From positions 9,727 to 73,726 of the IMG/VR virus record IMGVR_UViG_3300044729_003379: DNA of 64,000 nt; one strand, written 5' to 3'. Positions 30,897 to 40,607 of the stretch are shown here, piece after piece. The translations under genes were made by a program, and so were the position numbers. Each line of letters begins with the position of its first letter. Within the stretch, counting starts at the first letter, position 1. The notes beneath the pieces were generated by a model that searched no databases, was not told where the DNA came from, and saw nothing but the letters and a program-made list of their open reading frames with translations. Origin of the DNA: a virus.

Positions 30897-31886
30897 ATGA
30901 AAGAAAAGAAGAGGGATTTGTTTGTTGAACGCGCCCATTTTAAACCATTCGATTATCCTGAGTGTGAACAGTTTTGTGATGCAATTAACGAGTCTTATTG
31001 GACGCACAAAGAATGGTCCTTTTCCCAAGATGTTCAACAGTTTCACATAGAACTTGATGATTATCAAAGAGAGATTATTAAGAAGTGTCTCCTTCTTATT
31101 TCTCAGGTAGAAGTTTCTGTCAAAACTTTTTGGGGCAATCTGTATAGACACGTTCCTCTTCCAGAAATTAACATGGTCGGGGCAACATTTTCGGAAAGCG
31201 AGGTCCGTCATGAAAGAGCATATTCCCACCTTCTTGAAAAACTGGGCCTCAACGAAGAATTTGAAAAGATTTACGATATTCCAGCCGTAATTGACAGACA
31301 CAATTACTTGAAAAGATACAAAGACTATTCTAACGCCAGATTAGAAGAAAAGTTTCTAAAATCAATCATCCTTTTTTCTTTATTCATTGAAAACGTGTCC
31401 TTGTTTTCTCAGTTCTTCATCATTATGTCTTTTAATAAACACAGAAAGATGTTGAAAGATATCAACAATGCTGTCGCCGCGACAAGCAAAGAAGAAGCAA
31501 TTCATGGAGCCTTCGGTAGTTGGTTGATTAACCAAATCAAAGAAGAACACCCCGAATTTTTTACGGACGAACTTAAATCAATGATTGAAAATTATTGTTT
31601 AAAAGCTTTTACCGCTGAAGAAAAGGTTCTTGATTGGATTTTTGATCAAGGAGATTCTGATTTCATTAAAAAAGACCAAGTTAAGGAATTTATCAAAAAT
31701 AGATTAAATTATTCCTTGACAGGAATAGGTCTTAACGCTATATTCGAAGTAGACAAAGAAGTTATCAATAAAACAAAGTGGTTTGATGAAGAATTGTTAA
31801 GCGATGTTCATGTTGACTTTTTCGACCAAAGACCAACCGCATATTCAAGAAAAAACAAATCAATTACCGCTGACGATCTTTTTTGA
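30897..31886 (+). CDS. nrdB: Ribonucleotide reductase class I beta subunit
   Basis: Ferritin-like ligands E72, ExxH (E102/H105), Y109, ENVSLFSQF and KEEAIH; C-terminal DFF..R...Y. Confidence 0.95.
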   Translation: MKEKKRDLFVERAHFKPFDYPECEQFCDAINESYWTHKEWSFSQDVQQFHIELDDYQREIIKKCLLLISQVEVSVKTFWGNLYRHVPLPEINMVGATFSESEVRHERAYSHLLEKLGLNEEFEKIYDIPAVIDRHNYLKRYKDYSNARLEEKFLKSIILFSLFIENVSLFSQFFIIMSFNKHRKMLKDINNAVAATSKEEAIHGAFGSWLINQIKEEHPEFFTDELKSMIENYCLKAFTAEEKVLDWIFDQGDSDFIKKDQVKEFIKNRLNYSLTGIGLNAIFEVDKEVINKTKWFDEELLSDVHVDFFDQRPTAYSRKNKSITADDLF

Positions 31887-31906
31887 TTTTTTAGATTTTA
31901 ATTATT

Positions 31907-33553
31907 ATGAGCAAGATTCAGTGGTTAAACAAACCTGCAAAGATTTTCCTTAAAAATGGATACCTAGAAGAAGAAGAATCCCCGGAACTAAGGATCGAAG
32001 ATTTGGTAAAAACTGCTAAAAATATTTTAGGAGATTTTTGGGATGCCGATCAATTTTTGGAAAACATTGAGGCGGGAGATTATTTGTTTTCGACTCCAGT
32101 TTGGGCTAATTTTGGAAGAAAAAGGGGATTGCCGATTTCTTGTTTCAATAGCTATTTAAGCGATACAATGGATTCAATTCTTTTTAATCTTGCAGAGGTC
32201 GCGACAATGACCAAGAATGGAGGTGGAACCAGCGGTTATTTTGGAGAATTACGTCCTCGCGGAGCGGCCATTTCTTCTGGTGGGAAGTCGGATGGAGTGG
32301 TCAATTTCATGAGACTCTTTGATACGGCGATGATAACATGCAAGCAAGCATCTATTCGTCGGGGGGTAATGGGATGTTATTTACCGATTGATCACGGAGA
32401 TATTAATGAATTTTTAAAGATCAAACAAGAAGGAAGCCCAATTCAAGATCTGTTTACCGGAGTTTGCGTTACAGACGAATTCATGAAGGGAATGATCGAT
32501 GGCGACAAAAAGAAAAGAGATGTTTGGGCTAAGGTTTTAAAGAGCAGATCCGAAGTTGGAATGCCCTATATCTTCTTTACAGACAATGCTAATAAAGGAG
32601 CGCCGAAAGTTTATAAAGATAAGGGCAGGAAAATTCATGGAAGCAATGTCTGCTCGGAAATAATGCTTTCTTCCAACGAAGAAGAATCTTTTGTATGTTG
32701 TTTATCTTCAATGAATTTACTCAATTATGATAGATGGAAAGATACAAATGCTGTTGAATTACTGGCGTATTTTTTGGACGCAGTTTTGACTGAATTTATT
32801 AACAAAGCCAAAGACATTCATTTTATGGAAAGGTCTGTAAGGTTCGCGGAAAATCAGAGGGCCATTGGTATTGGAGCAACGGGTTGGCACTCCCTACTTC
32901 AAAGCAAAATGATTGCTTTTGAGTCCCTTGAAGCGCAGATGCTTAATTGTGAGATTTTCGAGACGATGAATAAACAGTCTCTTGAGGCTTCCAAAAAGGC
33001 GGCAAAACAATTAGGGGAGCCAGAGATGCTGAAAGGGTATGGAGAAAGATGGGCGACTCGTCATGCAGTAGCCCCAAACACCTCTTCGGCATTTATTTTA
33101 GGTCAAGGATCGCAATCTATTGAGCCGTTCAAGTCGAATTATTATGTAAAGGATTTGGCCAAATTTAAATACACATTTAAAAACCCTTATCTAGAAAAAG
33201 TCCTAGAAGAAAAAGGACTTAATATAGACGAAACTTGGGACTCAATTCTCCTTAAGAATGGATCGGTTCAACACCTCCCCTTCTTGTCTCAACATGAAAA
33301 AGATGTTTTTAGGACATTTACAGAAATTGGCGCGAAGGAAACCGTAATCCAAGCAGCGCAAAGACAGAAGTATATTGATCAGGGACAAAGCTTGAATCTT
33401 ATGATCCCCCCCGATACGACGACTAAAGATATCAATTCCCTCATTATTTTTGCTTGGGAGAGCGGAATTAAGAGTTTATATTATCAACACAGCACAAATG
33501 CGGCACAAGCTTTCTACAGAAAGCTAAACGAGTGTAGTAATTGTGAAGGGTAA
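31907..33553 (+). CDS. nrdA: Ribonucleotide reductase class I alpha subunit (no ATP cone)
   Basis: ISCF, GGGTS, NVCSE active site, APN.SS, DQGQSLN, KSLYY and C-terminal CxxC. Confidence 0.95.
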   Translation: MSKIQWLNKPAKIFLKNGYLEEEESPELRIEDLVKTAKNILGDFWDADQFLENIEAGDYLFSTPVWANFGRKRGLPISCFNSYLSDTMDSILFNLAEVATMTKNGGGTSGYFGELRPRGAAISSGGKSDGVVNFMRLFDTAMITCKQASIRRGVMGCYLPIDHGDINEFLKIKQEGSPIQDLFTGVCVTDEFMKGMIDGDKKKRDVWAKVLKSRSEVGMPYIFFTDNANKGAPKVYKDKGRKIHGSNVCSEIMLSSNEEESFVCCLSSMNLLNYDRWKDTNAVELLAYFLDAVLTEFINKAKDIHFMERSVRFAENQRAIGIGATGWHSLLQSKMIAFESLEAQMLNCEIFETMNKQSLEASKKAAKQLGEPEMLKGYGERWATRHAVAPNTSSAFILGQGSQSIEPFKSNYYVKDLAKFKYTFKNPYLEKVLEEKGLNIDETWDSILLKNGSVQHLPFLSQHEKDVFRTFTEIGAKETVIQAAQRQKYIDQGQSLNLMIPPDTTTKDINSLIIFAWESGIKSLYYQHSTNAAQAFYRKLNECSNCEG

Positions 33554-33555
33554 TT

Positions 33556-33753
33556 ATGAAAATCTTATCAAGCAATTCAGTAAAACTTTGTCCGTGCAAT
33601 CCTAAAAACAATTGCCCAGAGGTAATTCTTTTGGAAAATGGATGGATTCAAATTAAAGACGATTTTGGTTCTTCTGTAAAAATGACCCTTGAAGAAGCAA
33701 AGGAAATCTCAGAAGCTTTGGCGTTTTTACAAAAAGAATCAAATGAAAAGTAA
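33556..33753 (+). CDS. Small hypothetical protein (DUF397-like pattern)
   Basis: CPEV......IQIKDD pattern. Confidence 0.45.
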   Translation: MKILSSNSVKLCPCNPKNNCPEVILLENGWIQIKDDFGSSVKMTLEEAKEISEALAFLQKESNEK

Positions 33754-34063
33754 ATTAGCATTAGTAATTTTACTATTTTTGTTCTCATTAACAGTTTATT
33801 GCGAAGACAGTAAGGAACAGAAGTTAGCAAAAGAAATATCTACAGGAATAGAGGAAACAACAAAAGAAATCGGAGATGGAAGATTTGTTTTGATTTCATT
33901 TATTAATGGAAGCATTGAAATAATCCAACCGATTAAGCCTCAAAAAGAGTGGACGAAGGAATACAAGCAAGCTCTTGAAGAGAAGATAGAATCTACAATT
34001 AAAAGAGGTGGAATTGTTTTTCAATTACTTCAATTAAAAGAAAAGCAAGGAAAGTTGATTTAA
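33743..34063 (+). CDS. Secreted/membrane-anchored hypothetical protein
   Basis: MKSKLALVILLFLFSLTVYC signal peptide from ATG 33743. Confidence 0.55.
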   Translation: MKSKLALVILLFLFSLTVYCEDSKEQKLAKEISTGIEETTKEIGDGRFVLISFINGSIEIIQPIKPQKEWTKEYKQALEEKIESTIKRGGIVFQLLQLKEKQGKLI

Positions 34064-34356
34064 TGAAAGATTTTGTTGAATCTGTATTATTTTTTGTTGG
34101 GGCTTCTTTCATTCTAAAATATGGCGCTCCAACAAAATTTATAAGAACCTTTTTTTCTAGGTGGAAATGGGGTTCTGATTTGTTTTCCTGTGGGCTTTGT
34201 TTAGGAACATGGGTCGGAATATTTTCGATTCCAATGCTTTATAAGGAAATTAATTGGTGGATGATACCATTTATTTCTGCTATTGTTTCTTGGTTTGCGG
34301 ATTTATTTTCAATGTTTCTTGTTAAGATTATGAATTCTTACCAAGTTGATATTTGA
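34063..34356 (+). CDS. Membrane protein (DUF1360-like)
   Basis: LFSCGLCLGTWVG CxxC motif between TM helices. Confidence 0.55.
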   Translation: MKDFVESVLFFVGASFILKYGAPTKFIRTFFSRWKWGSDLFSCGLCLGTWVGIFSIPMLYKEINWWMIPFISAIVSWFADLFSMFLVKIMNSYQVDI

Positions 34357-35411
34357 ATTCTTCCCCACATATTATCACCTGTTGCGATATATAAGAAACG
34401 ACCACTATAGGCAACTCGACCCCTTTCTCCAGTAGATGTAGAAGTTGTTGGGACATATCTAGTGCAATTATTTGAAGATAAAAATGTCATTCCATCACAA
34501 AAGTCAGTTGTGCTTTTGAATGTTTTTTCACCAGAAATTTCCTGTATTCCTGTTCTGTAAACAGGAAGAGAGGAATCTATTGCATTATTAATAGTAGCTA
34601 AAGCTCCTCCTGTATAAGTATTAAATCTTGTATTTGTTACATAATTTCCAGTAACAAAGCCACTTATTTGACTTGTTTTCGTATTTAAATCAAAGAAGGT
34701 AACTGCATTTTGTCCAGTAATGACTACTGTATTATTAAATACAGCACCACCAGAAGCAGACACAGATGCACAAGAAAGAGCGCCTGTAGCCGTTATCGTT
34801 GTTCCAACTAATAAGCTAGAAGCAATAGATACACTTGTTCCATAAACAGAATTTCCACAAAAAATATTACCAGTTACATTTAAAGAATTTCCTACAGACA
34901 AAGAACTAGAAAAATAAGCAGCATTATCGACAAAAAATCCTCCTGTAAAATCAAAAATAACAGAATTTTCAGCTATACTTGATTTATAATTTGATGTAGA
35001 ATCTGCAAAAACAAAAGATCCATTATGATTAACGGCGATATTTTTTCCAGCACAAAGAGAATTACTTACACTGTTTATATCAGAAGACTGACCAAACAAC
35101 ATGATATTATTTTCTCCATAAACAGTAGAATTAGAAGCAGAAAGAATAATGCAATTATTTCCAGATACTATATTGTTTGATCCTGCAAAAATTCTGTTTC
35201 CATTTTCATAATTAAAGATATTATTTGTGTCATTTGGGTATATGACAGGCATATCATTAACCTTAAGCGTCCCATCAAAATTAAAGTCGCCAGTAAGAGT
35301 TTCTGGTAGATAGAAATTAAAAGAATTAATACCAGATTCAATAACTAAATTACCAGAAGGGGTAATCATTTCATATGGTTCATATTGTTCTGGCTTAATC
35401 CTGTTTTTCAT
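34338..35411 (-). CDS. Fibre/spike-like virion protein
   Basis: Beta-helix-like repeats; C-terminal PTTSTSTGERGRVAY...LYIATGDNMWGRI typical of phage fibre ends; GTGTA motif upstream. Confidence 0.6.
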   Translation of the reverse strand: MKNRIKPEQYEPYEMITPSGNLVIESGINSFNFYLPETLTGDFNFDGTLKVNDMPVIYPNDTNNIFNYENGNRIFAGSNNIVSGNNCIILSASNSTVYGENNIMLFGQSSDINSVSNSLCAGKNIAVNHNGSFVFADSTSNYKSSIAENSVIFDFTGGFFVDNAAYFSSSLSVGNSLNVTGNIFCGNSVYGTSVSIASSLLVGTTITATGALSCASVSASGGAVFNNTVVITGQNAVTFFDLNTKTSQISGFVTGNYVTNTRFNTYTGGALATINNAIDSSLPVYRTGIQEISGEKTFKSTTDFCDGMTFLSSNNCTRYVPTTSTSTGERGRVAYSGRFLYIATGDNMWGRIQISTW

Positions 35412-35457
35412 TTGAAAAAATACACAAATTTCTTATATTCTGAAAAGGTAATACACT

Positions 35458-36015
35458 ATGATTTACACCATTTACAAACCAAATAAGAATATTAATGGAG
35501 GATTGGCAACTTTTCGCGTTAAAAAGCAAAAAGAAGAAAAGGATTGGAAATCGACTCTTTTTATTGAATTGCTTAAGCAGAATTCTTGGAATAGCGAAAA
35601 ACATACAGGAACATTTGACAAGGAAACAAGAAAGTTTATTACCCTAAGCGTCTCTGAAGCTGGAGAGTTTATCAATACATTCAAAACATTTATCCCATTT
35701 TCATCCTTTCACAAAACAACTAAAGGTTCTTCTTCTATTTCTTTAATTCCTTATGAATGGAATAGAACGGTTAATGGAAAAGAATACAAGACAACCTGTT
35801 TTGGACTTTCTGTAAAGTCTAATAATGTTGAATACAAAATTCCGATTACTCCGGGAGAAGCTCAGGCTTTGGTTCTTCTTTTAGAGCATTTTGTTAAAGA
35901 AAGCGCAGCCCTTCTTCTCAAGGAGGAAGAAAATAGAAGAAAAGAAGGGAATACGATAAGCAAAGAAAAAGAGACTCAAGAAGAAGAACTTTCCGAAGCA
36001 GATGTTCCATTTTAA
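35458..36015 (+). CDS. Putative single-stranded DNA-binding protein, Whirly-like fold
   Basis: Whirly-like motif series and acidic ...EADVPF C-terminus. Confidence 0.6.
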   Translation: MIYTIYKPNKNINGGLATFRVKKQKEEKDWKSTLFIELLKQNSWNSEKHTGTFDKETRKFITLSVSEAGEFINTFKTFIPFSSFHKTTKGSSSISLIPYEWNRTVNGKEYKTTCFGLSVKSNNVEYKIPITPGEAQALVLLLEHFVKESAALLLKEEENRRKEGNTISKEKETQEEELSEADVPF

Positions 36016-37925
36016 TGAATAAAAAAAGGAAAATCTTATTTTGGTCTAATGGTAGCTCCTTGAAAACAGGATTTGGAGCTAACGTAAGAAACATATTAAA
36101 AACTCTTCATAAAGATCCTGATCTTGAGGTTTATGAAGCGTCAAATGGTTTTCCTCTTAATAAAGAAATCAAGACCCCGTGGAAGTCCTTTGGAACTTAT
36201 CCGGTTGATCAGGGTGTTTTAAATGAGATCAACGGAGACGAAGGAAAGAAAAGATTAGCTTATTATGGCAATTATGCCATAGATAAAATTATTGAAGAAG
36301 TTAAGCCAGACGTTATTTTTGGAATCGAGGATATTTGGGCATTTGATATTGCAAAAAAGAAGTGGCATGGAAATGTTCCATTTGTTGCGTGGATTACTGT
36401 TGATTCATTGCCAATTTTAGAACAGGCGAAAATTCTCCACTCAAAGAGCGACAAGTTTTTGGTTTGGGCGACATTTGCCGAAGAACAAATGAAGAAGGAT
36501 GGGTATGATGTAGAAACCCTACATGGGGCAATCGATTATTCTTCTTTCTTTCCTCTTTCTCCAGAAACAAAAAAGAATCTTAGACAAAATGTAGGAATAC
36601 AAGATTCTGATTTTGTTATTGGTTTTGTTTTTAAAAATCAATTGAGGAAATCTGTTCCAAACTTATTGGATGGATTTAAAAGATTTAAAGAAAAATGCCC
36701 AAAAAACATCAATCCAAAACTTCTTTTACATACAGAATGGGAAAGAGACGGGAATTGTTGGGATATAGAATCATACATTAAAGAGAAAGGTATTGACAAA
36801 AAAGATGTTTTAACAACGTATATTTGCGACAAATGCAATAGATATCATATCTTGCCTTATCAAGGGTCTGGTCTTGACTGTCCATTTTGTTCTTCTCAAA
36901 AAAGCTTTGGTCCTAAAAGAGGGATGGTTTCTGTTTCAGAAAAACAATTAAATGAAATTTATAATGTTATGGACGTTTATTGCCACCCCTTTACAAGTGG
37001 TGGACAAGAGTTACCCATTCAAGAAGCAAAAGCCGCAGGTTTGATTACTTTAGTTACGGAATATTCTTGTGGAACTGATTCATGCTATCCAGAACAAGGA
37101 GGTCTTCCTCTTTCTTGGCACGAATATAGAGAACCTTTTACAAATTTCATCAAGGCGACAACTGATCCAGAATCCATTTGTAAAAATTTGTTAACCGTTT
37201 TAAATATGTCAGAAACGGAAAAACAACAAATGATTGAAAATGCAATAACGCATGTCAACAACAATTTCTCAATAGAGAAAATCTGCCAAAGAATTAAAGA
37301 AATTGCTTTTGAATTTCCAGAATGTAAATGGGACTTCGATTTTACTGAAAAACAAACAAATCCAGATTATGTTCCAGACAACTCTATCGAGGTAGATGAA
37401 GAGTGGCTTATAGATGCTTTTTATGGGATTTTTGGAAAGAAATTCAAGAAAACAGAATACGATATTATAGAAAATACTAAGTTAATCAAAAAGGACGGCA
37501 GAGATTCTGTTCTTGAATATTTAAAACAACACGCAATTAAATTAAATCTTGATTTAAAATTAAAACAAACATCATTGGCGGATATTCTTGGAGAAGAAGA
37601 TAAAGACAGAAGAATTGCTATTATAATCCCAGAGTCTGCTGGAGACGTTTTAATGATAAACGGATTAATGGAAGGTTTAAAAAACTTATACCCAGACGAC
37701 AATATCTACGTCTTTACAAAACCTGAGTTCTTCTGTATGATTGATGATAACCCGTTTGTTCATCGCGTGTTGCCGTTTAGAAATGGACTTGATAATCTAT
37801 TATATTTAGAAGGAATAGGAAATCACGAAGGATTTTTTAGAATGGCTTTCTTGCCACATGTAGGAAGTCAAAAATATCTAAACTATCTACACAATGGCCA
37901 AGACATCAATGCTTTCAATATTTAA
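36015..37925 (+). CDS. GT4 glycosyltransferase with zinc ribbon and C-terminal GT9 N-lobe
   Basis: TGFG, NQLRK, LNEIYNVMD, GQELPIQEAKAAG; CxxC...CxxC insert; C-terminal SAGDVL...LKNLYP...NPFVHRV. Confidence 0.8.
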   Translation: MNKKRKILFWSNGSSLKTGFGANVRNILKTLHKDPDLEVYEASNGFPLNKEIKTPWKSFGTYPVDQGVLNEINGDEGKKRLAYYGNYAIDKIIEEVKPDVIFGIEDIWAFDIAKKKWHGNVPFVAWITVDSLPILEQAKILHSKSDKFLVWATFAEEQMKKDGYDVETLHGAIDYSSFFPLSPETKKNLRQNVGIQDSDFVIGFVFKNQLRKSVPNLLDGFKRFKEKCPKNINPKLLLHTEWERDGNCWDIESYIKEKGIDKKDVLTTYICDKCNRYHILPYQGSGLDCPFCSSQKSFGPKRGMVSVSEKQLNEIYNVMDVYCHPFTSGGQELPIQEAKAAGLITLVTEYSCGTDSCYPEQGGLPLSWHEYREPFTNFIKATTDPESICKNLLTVLNMSETEKQQMIENAITHVNNNFSIEKICQRIKEIAFEFPECKWDFDFTEKQTNPDYVPDNSIEVDEEWLIDAFYGIFGKKFKKTEYDIIENTKLIKKDGRDSVLEYLKQHAIKLNLDLKLKQTSLADILGEEDKDRRIAIIIPESAGDVLMINGLMEGLKNLYPDDNIYVFTKPEFFCMIDDNPFVHRVLPFRNGLDNLLYLEGIGNHEGFFRMAFLPHVGSQKYLNYLHNGQDINAFNI

Positions 37926-37928
37926 ATC

Positions 37929-39056
37929 ATGCACCTTTCAACTTTATACGCTAGAGACTTAGGGGTTTTTCCGAGTAAACCTATAATTAAAGAACACTTC
38001 TTTCCACTTCCTTGTGAAAAATATATTACATTTCACAACTCTGAAAAAATTCAATCAAAATCTTATTCTTACTGGACAGAGGTTTTTGATATTCTAAAGA
38101 AATACCTAGACCCTTTTGGGATTAAAATCGTCCAAGTAGGAGCCAAGGAAGATAAGAAAGTAGAGGGTGTTCATTATTACTTGAACAACACGACGTTTAA
38201 GCAATCATTTTTCATTATAAAAAACGGACTTCTTCATCTTGGGATAGATTCAAGTCCCGCACATATTGCTTCCGCATATAATAAACCAACGGTTTCAATC
38301 TATGCACATACATACGCAAATACCTGTTTTCCATTATGGAATGAAAATAAGATAATGATAGAACCAGAGAGAGGAAGAACCAAGCCTTCCTTTTCTTTAG
38401 TTGAAAACCCAAAAACGATTGACAAGATTGAACCGGAAGTAATAGTTCAAGCAACACTTAATCTATTGGGAATAAATCAAACAATTACATATAGAACATT
38501 AAACATTGGAAAGTTTTTCCTAGACAAAGAGATCAATGTAATTCCAGACGAAATCGTTCCGCAGGTAGATGTTGACAACGCATCAATAAATATTCGTTTA
38601 GACATGATTCATGACGAGTCTTTCTTGATCAAGTTCTTAAATAAGAATAGTTGCAATATAAACATTTATTGCTCAAATCCGATAGAAAATACAAAAGTTT
38701 TAATGTCTTATAAATCTAAGATTAATAAGATTAATTATTATTCCAATGCGTTTAATGCAGATTTTGTTTATTTTTTAACATCAAACGTTTTCGATTTAAA
38801 ACTGCTTTGCACTTCGCCAGATTCTTTAAACGAACAACGATTGAATTTCTTTGATCACGAAATTGATTTATTTGACTTGGTTAAAATCTCACAGGAAAAT
38901 AAATCAAAGTATTTCGAATTAGTTAAAAATGGTATAAAAATCAAAACAGGCAGAATTTATGTAAAGGGCCAAGAGCAATTTAAAACCATAGGAGAAAATT
39001 TCGATGATTGGAAATTTTGGCTTGACTTTGATCACATGATGGTTTATAATGAGTAA
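37929..39056 (+). CDS. GT9 (heptosyltransferase-like) C-lobe protein
   Basis: KSYSYW, IVQVG and LGIDSSPAHIASAYNKPTVSIY GT9 signature. Confidence 0.75.
   Translation: MHLSTLYARDLGVFPSKPIIKEHFFPLPCEKYITFHNSEKIQSKSYSYWTEVFDILKKYLDPFGIKIVQVGAKEDKKVEGVHYYLNNTTFKQSFFIIKNGLLHLGIDSSPAHIASAYNKPTVSIYAHTYANTCFPLWNENKIMIEPERGRTKPSFSLVENPKTIDKIEPEVIVQATLNLLGINQTITYRTLNIGKFFLDKEINVIPDEIVPQVDVDNASINIRLDMIHDESFLIKFLNKNSCNINIYCSNPIENTKVLMSYKSKINKINYYSNAFNADFVYFLTSNVFDLKLLCTSPDSLNEQRLNFFDHEIDLFDLVKISQENKSKYFELVKNGIKIKTGRIYVKGQEQFKTIGENFDDWKFWLDFDHMMVYNE
39022..39050 (+). promoter_or_regulatory. Sigma70-type promoter
   Basis: TTGACT-17-TATAAT, 8 nt before ATG 39059. Confidence 0.7.
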
Positions 39057-39058
39057 TT

Positions 39059-39823
39059 ATGGCATCAAAAAAATCTACCGTAGATAATTCCTTTGGACCC
39101 AATCTTTATAAAAGAGACGATAATGGGTTGCTTGAAAACATTCAATACCATTTTAACGAAGACGGAAGCGTTAATTGGAGAAAGATGATCAGCGATGAAC
39201 ATCTTTATGTTAACAAAGATAGATTTCCAGATGGAAATGTTCCAAATTCCGTAGATGGGCTTGATGATTCAAAATTAATTATCAAGCTTTCTGGAATTAA
39301 AGAATTAGCTAAATTAAGGGGTTTTAGTGATGTTTCTTATCAGGTCAAGGGGGAGAGATTTAACCCAGTAGTCGTTTGTAGTATTCGCTTCATTCCAAAC
39401 TATGAGACAGGATTTAAGGAGGTTTGCTTTCAAGATGTCGCGGCGGCTTCTTCTGAGAACACAGATTCCTTTGGTCAAAGATTTCTTGAATCAATTGCAA
39501 CAAACAGAGCATTTGTTCGATGTGTTCGGAATTTCTTAAATATTCATATTGTTGGACAAGATGAGTTGCCCAAGGGAGACGGCAAACCCAACGCCATTCA
39601 AGAAATCAAATACGGAATGGGTCCGCTTGATACTCTACATAATTCTCTTTCTTTAATTGGAATTTCTGATTTTGATGGATTTCAAGAACTATTAAGAGGA
39701 TTTTGGAAGGATGGGTTATACAAAAACCCAGAAGTAAAAAACTGGAGTAGATTTGAAGATATTCCACCAAAAGAATGTAGAACACTAATCTCCATCATAA
39801 AAGGTGCAAAAATTGGATTTTAA
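39059..39823 (+). CDS. Putative Rad52/Sak-like single-strand annealing protein
   Basis: GIKELA..RG, beta strands, then SIATNRAFVRCVRNFLNI...DEL resembling the Rad52-superfamily helix. Confidence 0.45.
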   Translation: MASKKSTVDNSFGPNLYKRDDNGLLENIQYHFNEDGSVNWRKMISDEHLYVNKDRFPDGNVPNSVDGLDDSKLIIKLSGIKELAKLRGFSDVSYQVKGERFNPVVVCSIRFIPNYETGFKEVCFQDVAAASSENTDSFGQRFLESIATNRAFVRCVRNFLNIHIVGQDELPKGDGKPNAIQEIKYGMGPLDTLHNSLSLIGISDFDGFQELLRGFWKDGLYKNPEVKNWSRFEDIPPKECRTLISIIKGAKIGF

Positions 39824-40606
39824 ATGAACTTTTTTGATCAAAGAAATCCAAACAAATACCTTCATATAAAGAGTCTCTTGACTCCTTATAATATCTGGAG
39901 TTCAATAACCTGTCCAGATAAACTTACTCTAAAGAGATACGGAAGAAAAGATGGCAGTTACGTTTTACTAAAAGAACTCACAGAAGAAAAAAAAGATCTA
40001 TATTGTCTTTCTTATGGAATTGGAAATGATCCTTTTGGAGTTTCTTTTGAACAGGAGATAATTAAACACGTTAAAGAAGTTCATATGTTCGACGGTTCAA
40101 TAGAAAAACCGCCAATAGAACTTTGCGATAAAATGTTTTTTCATCCAGTTTATTTGGATAAACAAAATTTCAAGCAACACATTTTAGATGAAAAAGATAT
40201 TATCCTAAAAATGGATATAGAAGGAAATGAGTATGATTGGTTGACAGATGAAAATTTAGACATCATTTCAAATCAGGTTTCTCAGTTTTGTGTAGAAATT
40301 CATTCTTTAATACAAGAGGTTCCCGATGGATGGGTTTTAGAATCAGCAATTCAAGACGCGAAGAAAAATCCAGATAAAATTGTTGAATTTTTAAGAAAAT
40401 TAAATGATCGATTTACAATTGTTCACATACATGGAAATAATCATAGTCCTTTGTATGGAGATCTTCCTGATTGTTTAGAAATTACATATATAAATAATTC
40501 ATTAATCTCTAAAAAAGAAAAGAGATTTGAGTCTTTCCCAATTATTGGGATGGATGAACCAAATTTAGATTATAGACAAGATTATACGTTAAATTGGTGG
40601 ATTTAA
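39824..40606 (+). CDS. SAM-dependent methyltransferase (FkbM-related)
   Basis: RYG..DGSY, SYGIG..SFE, LKMDIEGNEY, Q...EIH and HIHGNN motifs. Confidence 0.75.
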   Translation: MNFFDQRNPNKYLHIKSLLTPYNIWSSITCPDKLTLKRYGRKDGSYVLLKELTEEKKDLYCLSYGIGNDPFGVSFEQEIIKHVKEVHMFDGSIEKPPIELCDKMFFHPVYLDKQNFKQHILDEKDIILKMDIEGNEYDWLTDENLDIISNQVSQFCVEIHSLIQEVPDGWVLESAIQDAKKNPDKIVEFLRKLNDRFTIVHIHGNNHSPLYGDLPDCLEITYINNSLISKKEKRFESFPIIGMDEPNLDYRQDYTLNWWI

Positions 40607-40607
40607 T

